IMG/VR virus record: IMGVR_UViG_3300033153_008203
Span: 32,001-96,000 of that record
Strand: one strand, 5' to 3'
DNA length: 64,000 bases
Source: a virus
This document shows, piece by piece, positions 17,199 through 26,733 of this stretch. How positions within the stretch are numbered: the stretch's first letter is position 1; each line of letters opens with the position of its first letter. The position numbers were made by a program, and so were the translations under genes. Under the pieces are notes generated by a model, which was not told the origin of the DNA, searched no databases, and saw nothing but the letters and a program-made list of their open reading frames with translations.

Positions 17199-19920
17199 GT
17201 AAAGCCTCCACAACCTTCTCGTACATCATATCAACAGTAACATTCTCTATGCACTGTTCTCCGTCAGCTCTGATACATGCGCCTGTTGCATTTTTGTCTC
17301 CTTTTTTCCAATGATGACAGCCTATACATACAAGGTCTTTTACATTGACTCCTATAACATTGTCATTTACGATCCTGTACTCAGGGTTTATGCACCCAAA
17401 AAATACTACGCTAGGAACATTCTGGCTTTGTGCAATATGAAAAGGAGAGGAGTCTATTCCGATAAAACATCTTGCCTTTTTTATCACACTACCAGTTTGA
17501 GCAAAACTAGTCTTACCTCTTAAATCAATATCGCATGTGATACTAGGAGTTCCATCAGTGCCTATCAAAACTACACTGTACCCTAAAGACTTTACTTTTT
17601 TCGCTAGCTCATCAAATCTGTCTTGTCTCCAATTACGTCCAGCCCAAGCTGTTGGGCCAGTATGAAAGACAACATAGTCTCCGCTTACATCAACATTATA
17701 GTTTTCGGTACTGAAGCTTATATCTCCAAGTTCTTCTTTTTTAAGATCACATGAATCAGCGTAAGCATCAAGAACGTGTATTTCTTGTATGTTTTCATAT
17801 GAGTCATCTAAGTCATAAAATATGTCGTACTTGTCTCTATTGATACTTGTAACACACTTATGTACATGCTTGTTCTCTGCTAATATTTCTGCACATTTTG
17901 TTATTACCGTTATATTGCTAAGTGGATACTTGTTCTTAAGGCCTTCTATAACAGGGGTAGCTAGAAGAACATCTCCTATGGCGCCTAATCTTTGAACGCC
18001 AATCTTGTATTTGAATGTCCTGTTTTTTAGATAATGTTTCCATCTGTCTAGAAAGTAGTCTCTATTTTTTGCCTGATATCCTCTAAGATCTTCCTTGATA
18101 GTTGACGATGTCTTCTCTCTGTGATGCACTATTGGTACATCTATTGTTGCAATATTCCATCCTTGCTCTCTAAGCCTTAGAGATAGATCGCTATCTTCTT
18201 GGTATGCAAAATGGAGATTCTTTTCGTCAAACAGGCCATATTCATCATATATTTTTCTTGGCATTACCATACATGATGCTTCTACATACTCTGTAGCATG
18301 TCCATGTGTTCCACATCCATCATTGCTTATCGCTGTACACGTGTCGCTCACACCTATTTGAGCAAGTGTTTCGTCAGACTTAAGCTTGTCAATCATGGTC
18401 TTTGCCCAATCTTTGCACAACGTCATATCATCATTAAGCAGACAAATGTATTCGCCTTTGGCTTTTTTTGCTATCACATTATTAGGCTCTAAAAAACCAG
18501 AATTCTTTTTATCTTTAATTAGCTTTATACTTTTATTCTTCATGCATAGATCATCAAGATATGCTGACACTGCACTGCCTTCAACCCTAGCATTCTGATA
18601 GATTATTAGCTCAAAATCTATTGTATATTTTAATACATCATGAATAGTGTTTCGTAAGTAACCAAGGTTGTCCATTGTTACCATCAAAATAGACAGATTG
18701 CATTTTGTTTTCTTGGCTTTTTTTGTAATCCTTCTAACAGGAAAAACCTCATTCTTAGAAAAATCTAAAAACTTGTCTTTTCTGCTATATGTTATGCCAT
18801 AAAAGTAGTCTATATTCTTAAGCTTAGACATGTCATTACTAGTTCCTACATTCCATTCGTCAAGCATGAATAGCGTAGCGTTAAATACATCGTCTATCTC
18901 TAAGGCTTTCATACAATAGTAGTGGTTCTTACATGCCTTATACCAACATGGAGCGCAAGCAAGATCTTTTTGCCATACTGCTATACAGTTCTTAAACCAA
19001 TTAATTCTTGACTGAGGATGAGTAGACCCAAAGATAGAAACTATTTTACAATCTAGTGCTCCTGCCAAATGAAGAAGGCCTGAGTCATGAGCTATAACTA
19101 AGTCAGACTGTTCCATTAAAGCAGCGATGCTTCTTATATTGTACTCGCTTATATTAATACAGTTTACAAGAGAGCTCCATCTATCCTTGTATTCACCTAC
19201 ATTGAAATCATGTATCAAAAATACTAGAGAATTATCATGCTCGTGCATCTCCTTGATAAACTCTATCATTGTATCTCTTGGCCAGTTTCTTCTGTCTGCA
19301 AAACTTCCTGGCTGTATAACTATGAATCTGCTTTTTCTAACTTTCTTGTGATCGTCTAACCAATCCTTTGCCCACTTACGCTCGTCTTCCTCTACAGCGT
19401 ACACGCATTTACCATCGTCTATGTCTATACCTACATAGTTGCCCCACATTGTTTGTCTATCTTTTGGTGCACCTAGTATGTATTCGTCTCTTACTCCTAT
19501 AGCTGTTAGGTCTGCATATATGTCGAATGCTTCTTTCTTAATCTGTTGATAAGGAACTAGTTCGTCTATGTAAGGATTGTTTTGTAATACGTCAAAAAGT
19601 ACCCCGCCAGAATATTCCTTAGTAGTACCATAAGTGATATGACAATCAGGATACTTTTCCTTAAGTGCCTTAAATGTTGGAGTCACCATAAGAGCGTCAC
19701 CAAGCCCACCAAGAGTTCTAACAAGCGCAAACCTTGGAGGTCTGCCATGCATAAGACCATCTATCTTACTAAGCACACTAGAATTTCTAGGTCCTTTAGC
19801 ATCTTTTGCTTTTTGGTTTGCTTCTATAGCTGCATTAAGTCTTTGTGTTTTAATGTCTTGTCTTCTCCTGTCTCCATGACCAGTAAGCATTACTCCACCA
19901 TGAAATTTTCCTTTTGCCAT
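17191..19920 (-). CDS. Tri-domain glycosyltransferase GT9-GT2-GT9
   Basis: GT9 no. 1 RTLGGLGDALM...HDSGLLHLAGA..IFGST; central GT2 NSGF...LLNDD...EDSDLSLR; GT9 no. 2 RLGAIGDVLLATP...IDSSPFHIA. Confidence 0.9.
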   Translation of the reverse strand: MAKGKFHGGVMLTGHGDRRRQDIKTQRLNAAIEANQKAKDAKGPRNSSVLSKIDGLMHGRPPRFALVRTLGGLGDALMVTPTFKALKEKYPDCHITYGTTKEYSGGVLFDVLQNNPYIDELVPYQQIKKEAFDIYADLTAIGVRDEYILGAPKDRQTMWGNYVGIDIDDGKCVYAVEEDERKWAKDWLDDHKKVRKSRFIVIQPGSFADRRNWPRDTMIEFIKEMHEHDNSLVFLIHDFNVGEYKDRWSSLVNCINISEYNIRSIAALMEQSDLVIAHDSGLLHLAGALDCKIVSIFGSTHPQSRINWFKNCIAVWQKDLACAPCWYKACKNHYYCMKALEIDDVFNATLFMLDEWNVGTSNDMSKLKNIDYFYGITYSRKDKFLDFSKNEVFPVRRITKKAKKTKCNLSILMVTMDNLGYLRNTIHDVLKYTIDFELIIYQNARVEGSAVSAYLDDLCMKNKSIKLIKDKKNSGFLEPNNVIAKKAKGEYICLLNDDMTLCKDWAKTMIDKLKSDETLAQIGVSDTCTAISNDGCGTHGHATEYVEASCMVMPRKIYDEYGLFDEKNLHFAYQEDSDLSLRLREQGWNIATIDVPIVHHREKTSSTIKEDLRGYQAKNRDYFLDRWKHYLKNRTFKYKIGVQRLGAIGDVLLATPVIEGLKNKYPLSNITVITKCAEILAENKHVHKCVTSINRDKYDIFYDLDDSYENIQEIHVLDAYADSCDLKKEELGDISFSTENYNVDVSGDYVVFHTGPTAWAGRNWRQDRFDELAKKVKSLGYSVVLIGTDGTPSITCDIDLRGKTSFAQTGSVIKKARCFIGIDSSPFHIAQSQNVPSVVFFGCINPEYRIVNDNVIGVNVKDLVCIGCHHWKKGDKNATGACIRADGEQCIENVTVDMMYEKVVEALHE

Positions 19921-19922
19921 TC

Positions 19923-20909
19923 TTATTCTTCCTCAGCTAAAGACGCACATATAAGAAGCCCGTTGGCAACTGCAGTAAGAGGATCGTTAGCATGTTTTAC
20001 CTCAGACACTTCAACAGGAAGAGGATTTCTCTCCAGTGATTCTCTAAACTTGCCTATAAAGTTGCCTGCCAAGGATGTTCCGCCTGACACCACAATAGGA
20101 ACAGGATTCTTAAAGCTAGGTAAGTCATCGGACTTGGATAGCCTACCAGCTATATTCTTAATAACATAATCTATTAGGTTTCCATAATATATGGAGATCG
20201 CTTCTTGTATTCTTCCTTCAGGACTAAGTAGATCAATACCTTTTTCTTTCTCGGTCTGAACCTTACTTGCTGTAAGATCAAGTGCAGTGGCAACGCTCTG
20301 ATCTATCCAGTCTCCTGATCTTGCTATTGAGAACTGAACTGCAGGAACACCCATGATTCCAACTGATACGTTAATCATACCTGCGCCACAACTGATTGCT
20401 ATACCAGTAAGTCCATCGTCCAAGAGTTCTGAGTAGGCAATAGCTTCAGCTTCATTAAGAGAGCATGGCTCGTACCCAAGATCAGAAAGAATCTTATTGA
20501 ATACGTTCTCGTGATATATGATGTCAAAGTTCTCGTCTACAGGCGCAGCCGGCACTGAGTAGTAACACTTTTCTCCTTTTTTAGAGGCCTTACCTATGGC
20601 CTTTTCAATAATGATTTTTATAACAGGAAATGCATCTTTTTCTTTCGGAGAGATTACACCTTTACTCATTGGTCTCTGAGCATTTGCGTTAAACATATTG
20701 GCAAACTCAACTGCTTCGTTACCTATCACAAGGAGCTTCCCATCCTTAGCAAGAAAATTAGCTTTAACTTGCTTTAGCATCTTTTGCCTGAAAGGATTGT
20801 CTTCTATTTCAAAGAACGAATCCCGGATACTTGTAAATTCCGTGTTCCCATCTTTATCTAGACGTCCTCCTACGATAAAGCCTGTTCCGATATCTAATGA
20901 TTTTCCCAT
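19923..20909 (-). CDS. Actin-fold ATPase (volactin-like)
   Basis: Phosphate-1 LDIGTG, RPMSKG, SVPAAP, connect-1 LNEAEAIAY, phosphate-2 ISCGAGMINV, GDWID, adenosine VSGGTS, DPLTAVANG. Confidence 0.87.
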   Translation of the reverse strand: MGKSLDIGTGFIVGGRLDKDGNTEFTSIRDSFFEIEDNPFRQKMLKQVKANFLAKDGKLLVIGNEAVEFANMFNANAQRPMSKGVISPKEKDAFPVIKIIIEKAIGKASKKGEKCYYSVPAAPVDENFDIIYHENVFNKILSDLGYEPCSLNEAEAIAYSELLDDGLTGIAISCGAGMINVSVGIMGVPAVQFSIARSGDWIDQSVATALDLTASKVQTEKEKGIDLLSPEGRIQEAISIYYGNLIDYVIKNIAGRLSKSDDLPSFKNPVPIVVSGGTSLAGNFIGKFRESLERNPLPVEVSEVKHANDPLTAVANGLLICASLAEEE

Positions 20910-21307
20910 TACGTGTCTCCCTTTATTTTTTTAAGTTTATTCATTTTTTCTTTAATGCTTTCGCCTTTAGTTGATTCTATATTATCTAAATTGACAGAGA
21001 AATCCTCTGACTCAGTAGGATCTACGAAGCTCGATTCAAGTTCTATTGTATCAGAGTCTACAGGTTGTGGAACCCCTGCGTTACTCACTACTATTTGTTG
21101 TTGTGGGATATTTTTCGATATTTCTTGAGCCATCTCTTTAGCCATTGCTTTGGCCATCTCAAGCATGTCTTCTTTGGTGAAGCCTTCTGATTTCTTGGGA
21201 GATTTTTTGTGTGTGATTGTTGGCATGATTGGCCTACCTTTTGACGCAGGCCTATTAGAGCATACTACGCCACCTTTTAGATATACTTTCGGATATGATG
21301 TATTCAT
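20909..21307 (-). CDS. Hypothetical protein coupled to the actin gene (putative adaptor)
   Basis: Stop overlaps the actin ATG; central helix, acidic linker and amphipathic basic C-terminal helix. Confidence 0.65.
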   Translation of the reverse strand: MNTSYPKVYLKGGVVCSNRPASKGRPIMPTITHKKSPKKSEGFTKEDMLEMAKAMAKEMAQEISKNIPQQQIVVSNAGVPQPVDSDTIELESSFVDPTESEDFSVNLDNIESTKGESIKEKMNKLKKIKGDT

Positions 21308-21313
21308 GTTTCA

Positions 21314-21639
21314 TTACTGTTGTAAGCGTCTAGATGCGTTCCAAGTAGGCTCCCCAGTTAACCCTACCGACCCAGTCTTTGATCCTTGAATCCATGGCCT
21401 TAATACTTGATGCCAACTTAATGTACCAGAGGAAGCATCGTATAAGTTCATCCAAAATGGGAGGTTATTGGAGTTGACCCTTCAAGTGACGTTAAGTCAA
21501 CTTTTATTAACCCTGTCTGAGAACCAAATCTAGCAGCTACAGTTGAAGCGACACCAAAATTCCAAGTAGGAACATTAGAATAAAGATAAGTATCTTCAAT
21601 AACACCACCGTCAACGCCATCTTCAATAGTTACTTCCAT
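21314..21639 (-). pseudogene. Frameshifted, truncated DNRLRE-like paralog of 26053-26733
   Basis: IEDTYLYSNVPTWNFG matches LEDNYLASNVPTWNLG; after TGA at 21448 another frame continues MNLYDASSGTLSWHQVLRPWIQG, matching WYKVLRDWGEG. Confidence 0.6.
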
Positions 21640-21992
21640 TAAGCTATTGTATCTCCAGATATAACAACTAATTGAGGATCTATTTCATGAACATAGCTAT
21701 CGCTAGCTCTATATATTTGAACAGATAAGTAATATGTTCCGTATGTTAAGTTTTCTCCTGCTATAGCAGCCTCTTGAGCAGTAGAGCTCAGAACAAGATT
21801 AACTGTTCCTCCATCCACTTCTGCATCTGCTACAACGCTAGCTATAATAGGTACTGCTTGAGTACCTAATGTTCTTGACGGCTTATCATATAGTCCAGCA
21901 GTAGCTGTGAAACCGTCTAATGAAAATGGAGCAGTAACCGTTACTACTGGTGTCCAAGTATTTCCTAATCTAAAATTTAGTTGTGTTGCCAT
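21639..21992 (-). CDS. Putative accessory virion protein (Ig-like beta-sandwich)
   Basis: Beta-rich, GTYYLSVQI; coupled in operon. Confidence 0.55.
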   Translation of the reverse strand: MATQLNFRLGNTWTPVVTVTAPFSLDGFTATAGLYDKPSRTLGTQAVPIIASVVADAEVDGGTVNLVLSSTAQEAAIAGENLTYGTYYLSVQIYRASDSYVHEIDPQLVVISGDTIA

Positions 21993-21997
21993 AATAA

Positions 21998-22159
21998 TTA
22001 CTCCGGATCACAAGTTATAGTGTATGTTATTTCGTCTGACTCTATGACAACTGTAATGGCTGGACTGTCAGCAAAAGTAGTTTCAATCTCACCATCAACA
22101 GGAACAACTTGTCCTGCTGTGCCACTACCGCCTATTCCTACTGGAAAAAGATTTGCCAT
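21998..22159 (-). CDS. Small hypothetical protein (MANLFPVG...)
   Basis: TAATG coupling to the upstream stop. Confidence 0.5.
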   Translation of the reverse strand: MANLFPVGIGGSGTAGQVVPVDGEIETTFADSPAITVVIESDEITYTITCDPE

Positions 22160-22761
22160 TATGCTCTTATCCTGCTTATTGGATTGTCTACATTTGGAGC
22201 CAGATCCCATCTTGCTATCTCAGTATCATCAGTGTCTTTTAGTATCAACTGAGTACCTTCTATGGTATAGTTACCTATTCCTGCAACAGATGCTTCTTTA
22301 GATAGGTCTCCTACAACCTCTAGAGAGTGCTTTGTTCTGTCGAATAGCTGAGCTCCATCTTTATTCTTCATCTCATTTAAGTTGCCTAGTACCGTATTTG
22401 TACTATAAGCTGATGACGATGGAACATAAACTGCCCCGGAAAAATAGTGTGCCTCAAAATCATTGCCGGGAGCATTTGTCCCACCGTTATTCATGTACAC
22501 ATTATATATCTCTGCTGTCACATCTATATGAGTAATATCAAGAGCGTATACTCCAGGAAGATTAGTAGCATCTACTTCATTTATAGTAACATCATTGTAT
22601 CCACCTTGCCACCCGTCTAAAGAATCATTGAGCCACTCATCTGTAGATTTTTTCTGTACTGCAATAGCAGGTGTCTCTCCAGTTTGGCCAACATTATTTT
22701 TAAATATCTCAAAATACAAGGTTACAGTGTCTCCCATACCGTGCTTAAAATATGTTTGCAT
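22159..22761 (-). CDS. Putative accessory virion protein
   Basis: Acidic, beta-rich (EVDATNLPGVY); late-gene context. Confidence 0.6.
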   Translation of the reverse strand: MQTYFKHGMGDTVTLYFEIFKNNVGQTGETPAIAVQKKSTDEWLNDSLDGWQGGYNDVTINEVDATNLPGVYALDITHIDVTAEIYNVYMNNGGTNAPGNDFEAHYFSGAVYVPSSSAYSTNTVLGNLNEMKNKDGAQLFDRTKHSLEVVGDLSKEASVAGIGNYTIEGTQLILKDTDDTEIARWDLAPNVDNPISRIRA

Positions 22762-24155
22762 TATCCATTCACCTCTACTGGTTCATATAGCCAATAAGTA
22801 CGTATACTTAATGCAGATGCAGATGAAGCACCTATATCTGCAAAATTACAAATAGGCTTATATCGTCTATCACAATAAAATAATTGAGCATCGCTCTGTA
22901 TAAACTTTGTAGTTAAACTTGTATCATTGTGAAAAACATGACGAATTATATCATCTTGTATTTGATCAGTTTCGAAATCAATAGTATGAATTAACAATTC
23001 ACTCGAACCAGCACTTTCATCAGTCTTTACCTCTATTTTAGTTAGCAATGCAGGGCAAGCACAATATATTACAAAGTAACATGATCTTTCTGCATCTGTC
23101 ATTATATCTGAGCCATTGACACTGAAGCAACTAGCAGAATTATATTTTTGAGTTGCACTACCATATATTTTACATTCACCGCTAGTAGGATTTTTAATAT
23201 GGATTCCATAATAATTACCGACAGTCAATTGATTGCCATACTCATGCGAACCATAATGCATATGATAAATGCCAATTCTCTTCGTAAGACCTAAAGCAGT
23301 ATACAGTGATGTATTACCATTATCAAGAGTTAACACAGTTCCTTCTACAGTAATATTGTCACTGTTAACAGGAGCAGTTAGTCCGAAATCTATTAATTCG
23401 ATTTCAATCTCTCCCGCAGAGCCATGTAATTCTATATCATCTAAATAGAATGTGTGGAGCGCTGAAGTACAACTAATCATTTCAAACTGTACATACCTTA
23501 TATTACTCCAATCCATATTAGCAAAATTAGAAAAATCAAAGAAACTTAAATCTTGTTCGAACCACTGACTAGGTGGTTGATTAAATACTAGACTAGCTAC
23601 ATTCGCTGAATTATCTATTATATTTATTTGCCATATACAAGTTAAATCTACATCATTCCATATCCAAAAGTTTATATTTGCATATGGTGACCAATCCACG
23701 CCACCAGCACCTAAATCTCGTGTTACTGTATCTCCTGGTGATTGGTTTTTTCTACATTGAATAGCCATAGATTGTGAACCACTGTGAACTGTAGAGGTAT
23801 CTAGAGTAACAAAAGTATTTGTTGGATCAGAAGCTACCCATTCTGTTTCCAATTCTGACGTATCTGCATAACCTTCGAAATCTTCTGAAATATCCTCACT
23901 ACCACTTCCTTGTAAAGTTAAGTGAATGTCATGTAAGTTATTAGTAGATGCCTTGAAGACTTGACATACTGTGTCTCCAGTGGTTGTCAAAGTATGCGTA
24001 ATTTCACTCTTGTCGACCATATTCTCATTAGGAATGTGTGGAGATATATCAAACTCTAAATTAACACCTCTAGAAGTTATAATTTTATTAGTAAAGTCCA
24101 ATAACTGCTTAGATTTTCTAGAATCAATTACTTCTTGTGTACCATATATTGCCAT
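22761..24155 (-). CDS. Putative virion protein with carbohydrate-binding (CBM11-like) domain
   Basis: EDFEGY, DWSPYANINFWI, MDWSNIRYVQF, FYLDDIEL. Confidence 0.6.
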   Translation of the reverse strand: MAIYGTQEVIDSRKSKQLLDFTNKIITSRGVNLEFDISPHIPNENMVDKSEITHTLTTTGDTVCQVFKASTNNLHDIHLTLQGSGSEDISEDFEGYADTSELETEWVASDPTNTFVTLDTSTVHSGSQSMAIQCRKNQSPGDTVTRDLGAGGVDWSPYANINFWIWNDVDLTCIWQINIIDNSANVASLVFNQPPSQWFEQDLSFFDFSNFANMDWSNIRYVQFEMISCTSALHTFYLDDIELHGSAGEIEIELIDFGLTAPVNSDNITVEGTVLTLDNGNTSLYTALGLTKRIGIYHMHYGSHEYGNQLTVGNYYGIHIKNPTSGECKIYGSATQKYNSASCFSVNGSDIMTDAERSCYFVIYCACPALLTKIEVKTDESAGSSELLIHTIDFETDQIQDDIIRHVFHNDTSLTTKFIQSDAQLFYCDRRYKPICNFADIGASSASALSIRTYWLYEPVEVNG

Positions 24156-24165
24156 TTTAAATTCC

Positions 24166-24954
24166 TTAGTTAAGTTTTAGATATCCATTCCAAGAAGCAG
24201 AAACATATGAACCAACAAAATCTGACCATGCTGTTACCTTTATTAATGACAACTCTGGTATTTTATATGGTTCTGGAAAAGTATTAGAATAATTCGAATC
24301 TTGTAAAAAACAATCATCAATAAAAATAAATGCTCCTGGATATTCTGTATGGAATTTTATACCATCATGAGATGTAGAACGAATACGTATTTCGACAGGT
24401 TTACCGCCAACACTATTTGCTCTCCAAGAAGTTAGATACAGTGTATGGCCTTTTGGGACCATTCTCATAGTATTTAGTGCCATATTCCCACCAGTCGATA
24501 TCTCTTGATAAATCTTAGTAGAATCACTAGTTCTGTATATAGTTATATTTCCAACTGCTACACCATTACTACCAACAACCGCAGTATGCATGTTCTGAAT
24601 AAATCTTACATTAGGATCTGAAAGATTAACTGGAGTAAGACCAGCCATCGTAACTACTTCAGTTTGTGAATCACCATTGGCATCCAAATAATCAACACTT
24701 AAAGTATTAACACCTGTTCCGGCATTAGTGTCATTACCATCATCAGATACAACACTAATTTGCTCTCCTGCTTCTGGTGGTACTGGAAGTTTTGCATTTA
24801 TTCCAGTCCATATATCACTACCTTGTGGAACAATACTAATGCTTCTTCGTGAAGAATAGCCAGCAAACGGTATTCGATCATCTACTAAGCCTTCAGCTAT
24901 AGCGTTTCCTAATGGTATATTCTTTACTTCATCTACAATATTTATTGCGCCCAT
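24166..24954 (-). CDS. Putative accessory virion beta-sandwich protein
   Basis: SDDGNDTNAGTGVNTL..YLD...EVVTMAGLTPV pattern, recalled from phage structural proteins. Confidence 0.6.
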   Translation of the reverse strand: MGAINIVDEVKNIPLGNAIAEGLVDDRIPFAGYSSRRSISIVPQGSDIWTGINAKLPVPPEAGEQISVVSDDGNDTNAGTGVNTLSVDYLDANGDSQTEVVTMAGLTPVNLSDPNVRFIQNMHTAVVGSNGVAVGNITIYRTSDSTKIYQEISTGGNMALNTMRMVPKGHTLYLTSWRANSVGGKPVEIRIRSTSHDGIKFHTEYPGAFIFIDDCFLQDSNYSNTFPEPYKIPELSLIKVTAWSDFVGSYVSASWNGYLKLN

Positions 24955-24958
24955 AATA

Positions 24959-26053
24959 TTATCCTATTTTATTTCCAGTTTCTTTTAAGCTGTGCTGACC
25001 TGTATCGAATCCCGTGCCTTTTATCTCGTCTAAAGATGCTTCAATTGCCAAGGTGTCAAGCTCTATATCTATACTGTCGATGGTATCTTGTATTGACTTG
25101 AGAGTTTCATCAGTCCAACCAGCACCCTTTATCTCATCAAAAATATCTTTTAATGCAGACAATCCATATGCTGTGTCCTCTAAAAGGATATTAGTATTTT
25201 GTATACCAACGTTATCAGCAGGTATATACAGTTGTTCTAGATGACCAAAGAATATTGAATCTATCCACAACTCATGAGTTGGCCACGATGTAGGTTCGTG
25301 AGTAATACGAATTCTTGCAGTATATGGAGCGCCGCCAGCAGAATAGTAGTCTGCTACAGTCCCAGGAATATTAAAGTCAACAACGATATCCTCATTTGAA
25401 TTAGGAATATCTCTAGCACCAGCTCTGATATTGTCCCACTGAGCTAAAGTATAGTTCCAGATTAATACTTCAACTTGATGACCAGCAGAGCCTAAATATC
25501 TACCTATAAAGTGGAAAGAAGGATGCAATTCATCAATGTTTTGAAAATCGAAATCTATTATAAAACTACCATCTTCTGCAAATTTCATATACTGCTGATT
25601 GACAGTCTCAATGTCTGAAATCGTACCTTCTATTACAGAAGAGTCTTGCACAATATCATACGCATGAGGATAGTGACCCATTATATAAGGAGCTGATGCA
25701 AGTCTAGTCTTTATAATCACCATAAGCTCTTGTAATGTTTCGGTTGAAAAGCCTCCGCCCATAATAGTGTCTAATGTAGCTTCTTTGGCTACTGTACTAT
25801 TTAGTGCTATGTCTCCGTCTGCTATACCAAAGATCCCTATTGCAAAATTGTCAGGAGTAGTTGTCTCTTTAATGTAGAAATCAGTATCTTCAGTTATGTT
25901 TGGATTTGTAAGCCTATAAAAACCATTTCCGCGCTCTACTAATGTCATGCCTGTTTGAGACACGTCTGTATTGTCTGATATCTTCTTACACCAATCGATA
26001 GTGAGATCTCCAAATACTAATCCAGTACTTGTTAGATTTATTATTGCTTCCAT
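24959..26053 (-). CDS. Putative accessory virion protein
   Basis: Acidic; repeated I-GxG(F/W)xxETL segments. Confidence 0.6.
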   Translation of the reverse strand: MEAIINLTSTGLVFGDLTIDWCKKISDNTDVSQTGMTLVERGNGFYRLTNPNITEDTDFYIKETTTPDNFAIGIFGIADGDIALNSTVAKEATLDTIMGGGFSTETLQELMVIIKTRLASAPYIMGHYPHAYDIVQDSSVIEGTISDIETVNQQYMKFAEDGSFIIDFDFQNIDELHPSFHFIGRYLGSAGHQVEVLIWNYTLAQWDNIRAGARDIPNSNEDIVVDFNIPGTVADYYSAGGAPYTARIRITHEPTSWPTHELWIDSIFFGHLEQLYIPADNVGIQNTNILLEDTAYGLSALKDIFDEIKGAGWTDETLKSIQDTIDSIDIELDTLAIEASLDEIKGTGFDTGQHSLKETGNKIG

Positions 26054-26733
26054 CAATATATTCTCCTAGATCGCTGTGGCGAATTTATGCTAGCTATTTT
26101 TCTATTTCCATAATACGAATTTGAGTTCCATCCTGGTGCTGCTTCCGTATATTCCATATAAAAATAAGGTTTATTTCCGGCTACTGTTTGAGAAGATCTC
26201 CATGCTATCCTCGATGGATTCTCAGGCCTTAACAAGAGTCCAAAGTTAGTTGATGAGTTGTCAATCCAATCTTGAGTTAGCGTATTAGTTACAACTAGAT
26301 GTTGGTCTGAGGTTACCCCTGTTATAGAGACCGTTCCATCTGCAACCGATTCCCTGTCTGGGTCTGCCCCTTCTGTACCTTCACAACCTGCGGTATCCCA
26401 TAAAACGGAAGGTCTTATCGCAAAATCCCAATCCGAAGCACCTACTTCTGGCCCGTCTATCTCACTACCTTCACCCCAATCGCGGAGAACTTTATACCAA
26501 GCTGCACTCATAGGTACTGTGGTTGCAGAATGCACATCAACCCCAAAATGTGCTGTGGTTACGGTGACATCTGAATAAGCAGTCAGTATTATTTTAAATA
26601 TCGCATTGTATCTAGTACCGTCTACACTAATTGGTGAGACTTCAGGCCTACCTCCTAGATTCCATGTTGGCACGTTACTGGCTAAGTAGTTGTCTTCTAG
26701 TATTCCACTATCGTCATCAATCGTTACATTCAT
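26053..26733 (-). CDS. DNRLRE/disaggregatase-like domain protein
   Basis: EDNYLASNVPTWNLGG...VLRDWGEG...WDTAG...QDWIDNSSTNFGLLL...NKPYFYMEY. Confidence 0.7.
   Translation of the reverse strand: MNVTIDDDSGILEDNYLASNVPTWNLGGRPEVSPISVDGTRYNAIFKIILTAYSDVTVTTAHFGVDVHSATTVPMSAAWYKVLRDWGEGSEIDGPEVGASDWDFAIRPSVLWDTAGCEGTEGADPDRESVADGTVSITGVTSDQHLVVTNTLTQDWIDNSSTNFGLLLRPENPSRIAWRSSQTVAGNKPYFYMEYTEAAPGWNSNSYYGNRKIASINSPQRSRRIY

Noticed and set aside
14428-20909. Bacterial chromosomal LPS locus plus mreB (host DNA or chimeric contig)
   Set aside because: The genes are coupled and co-oriented with phage genes, look compositionally similar, and lack mreCD and the usual waa/transport neighbours.
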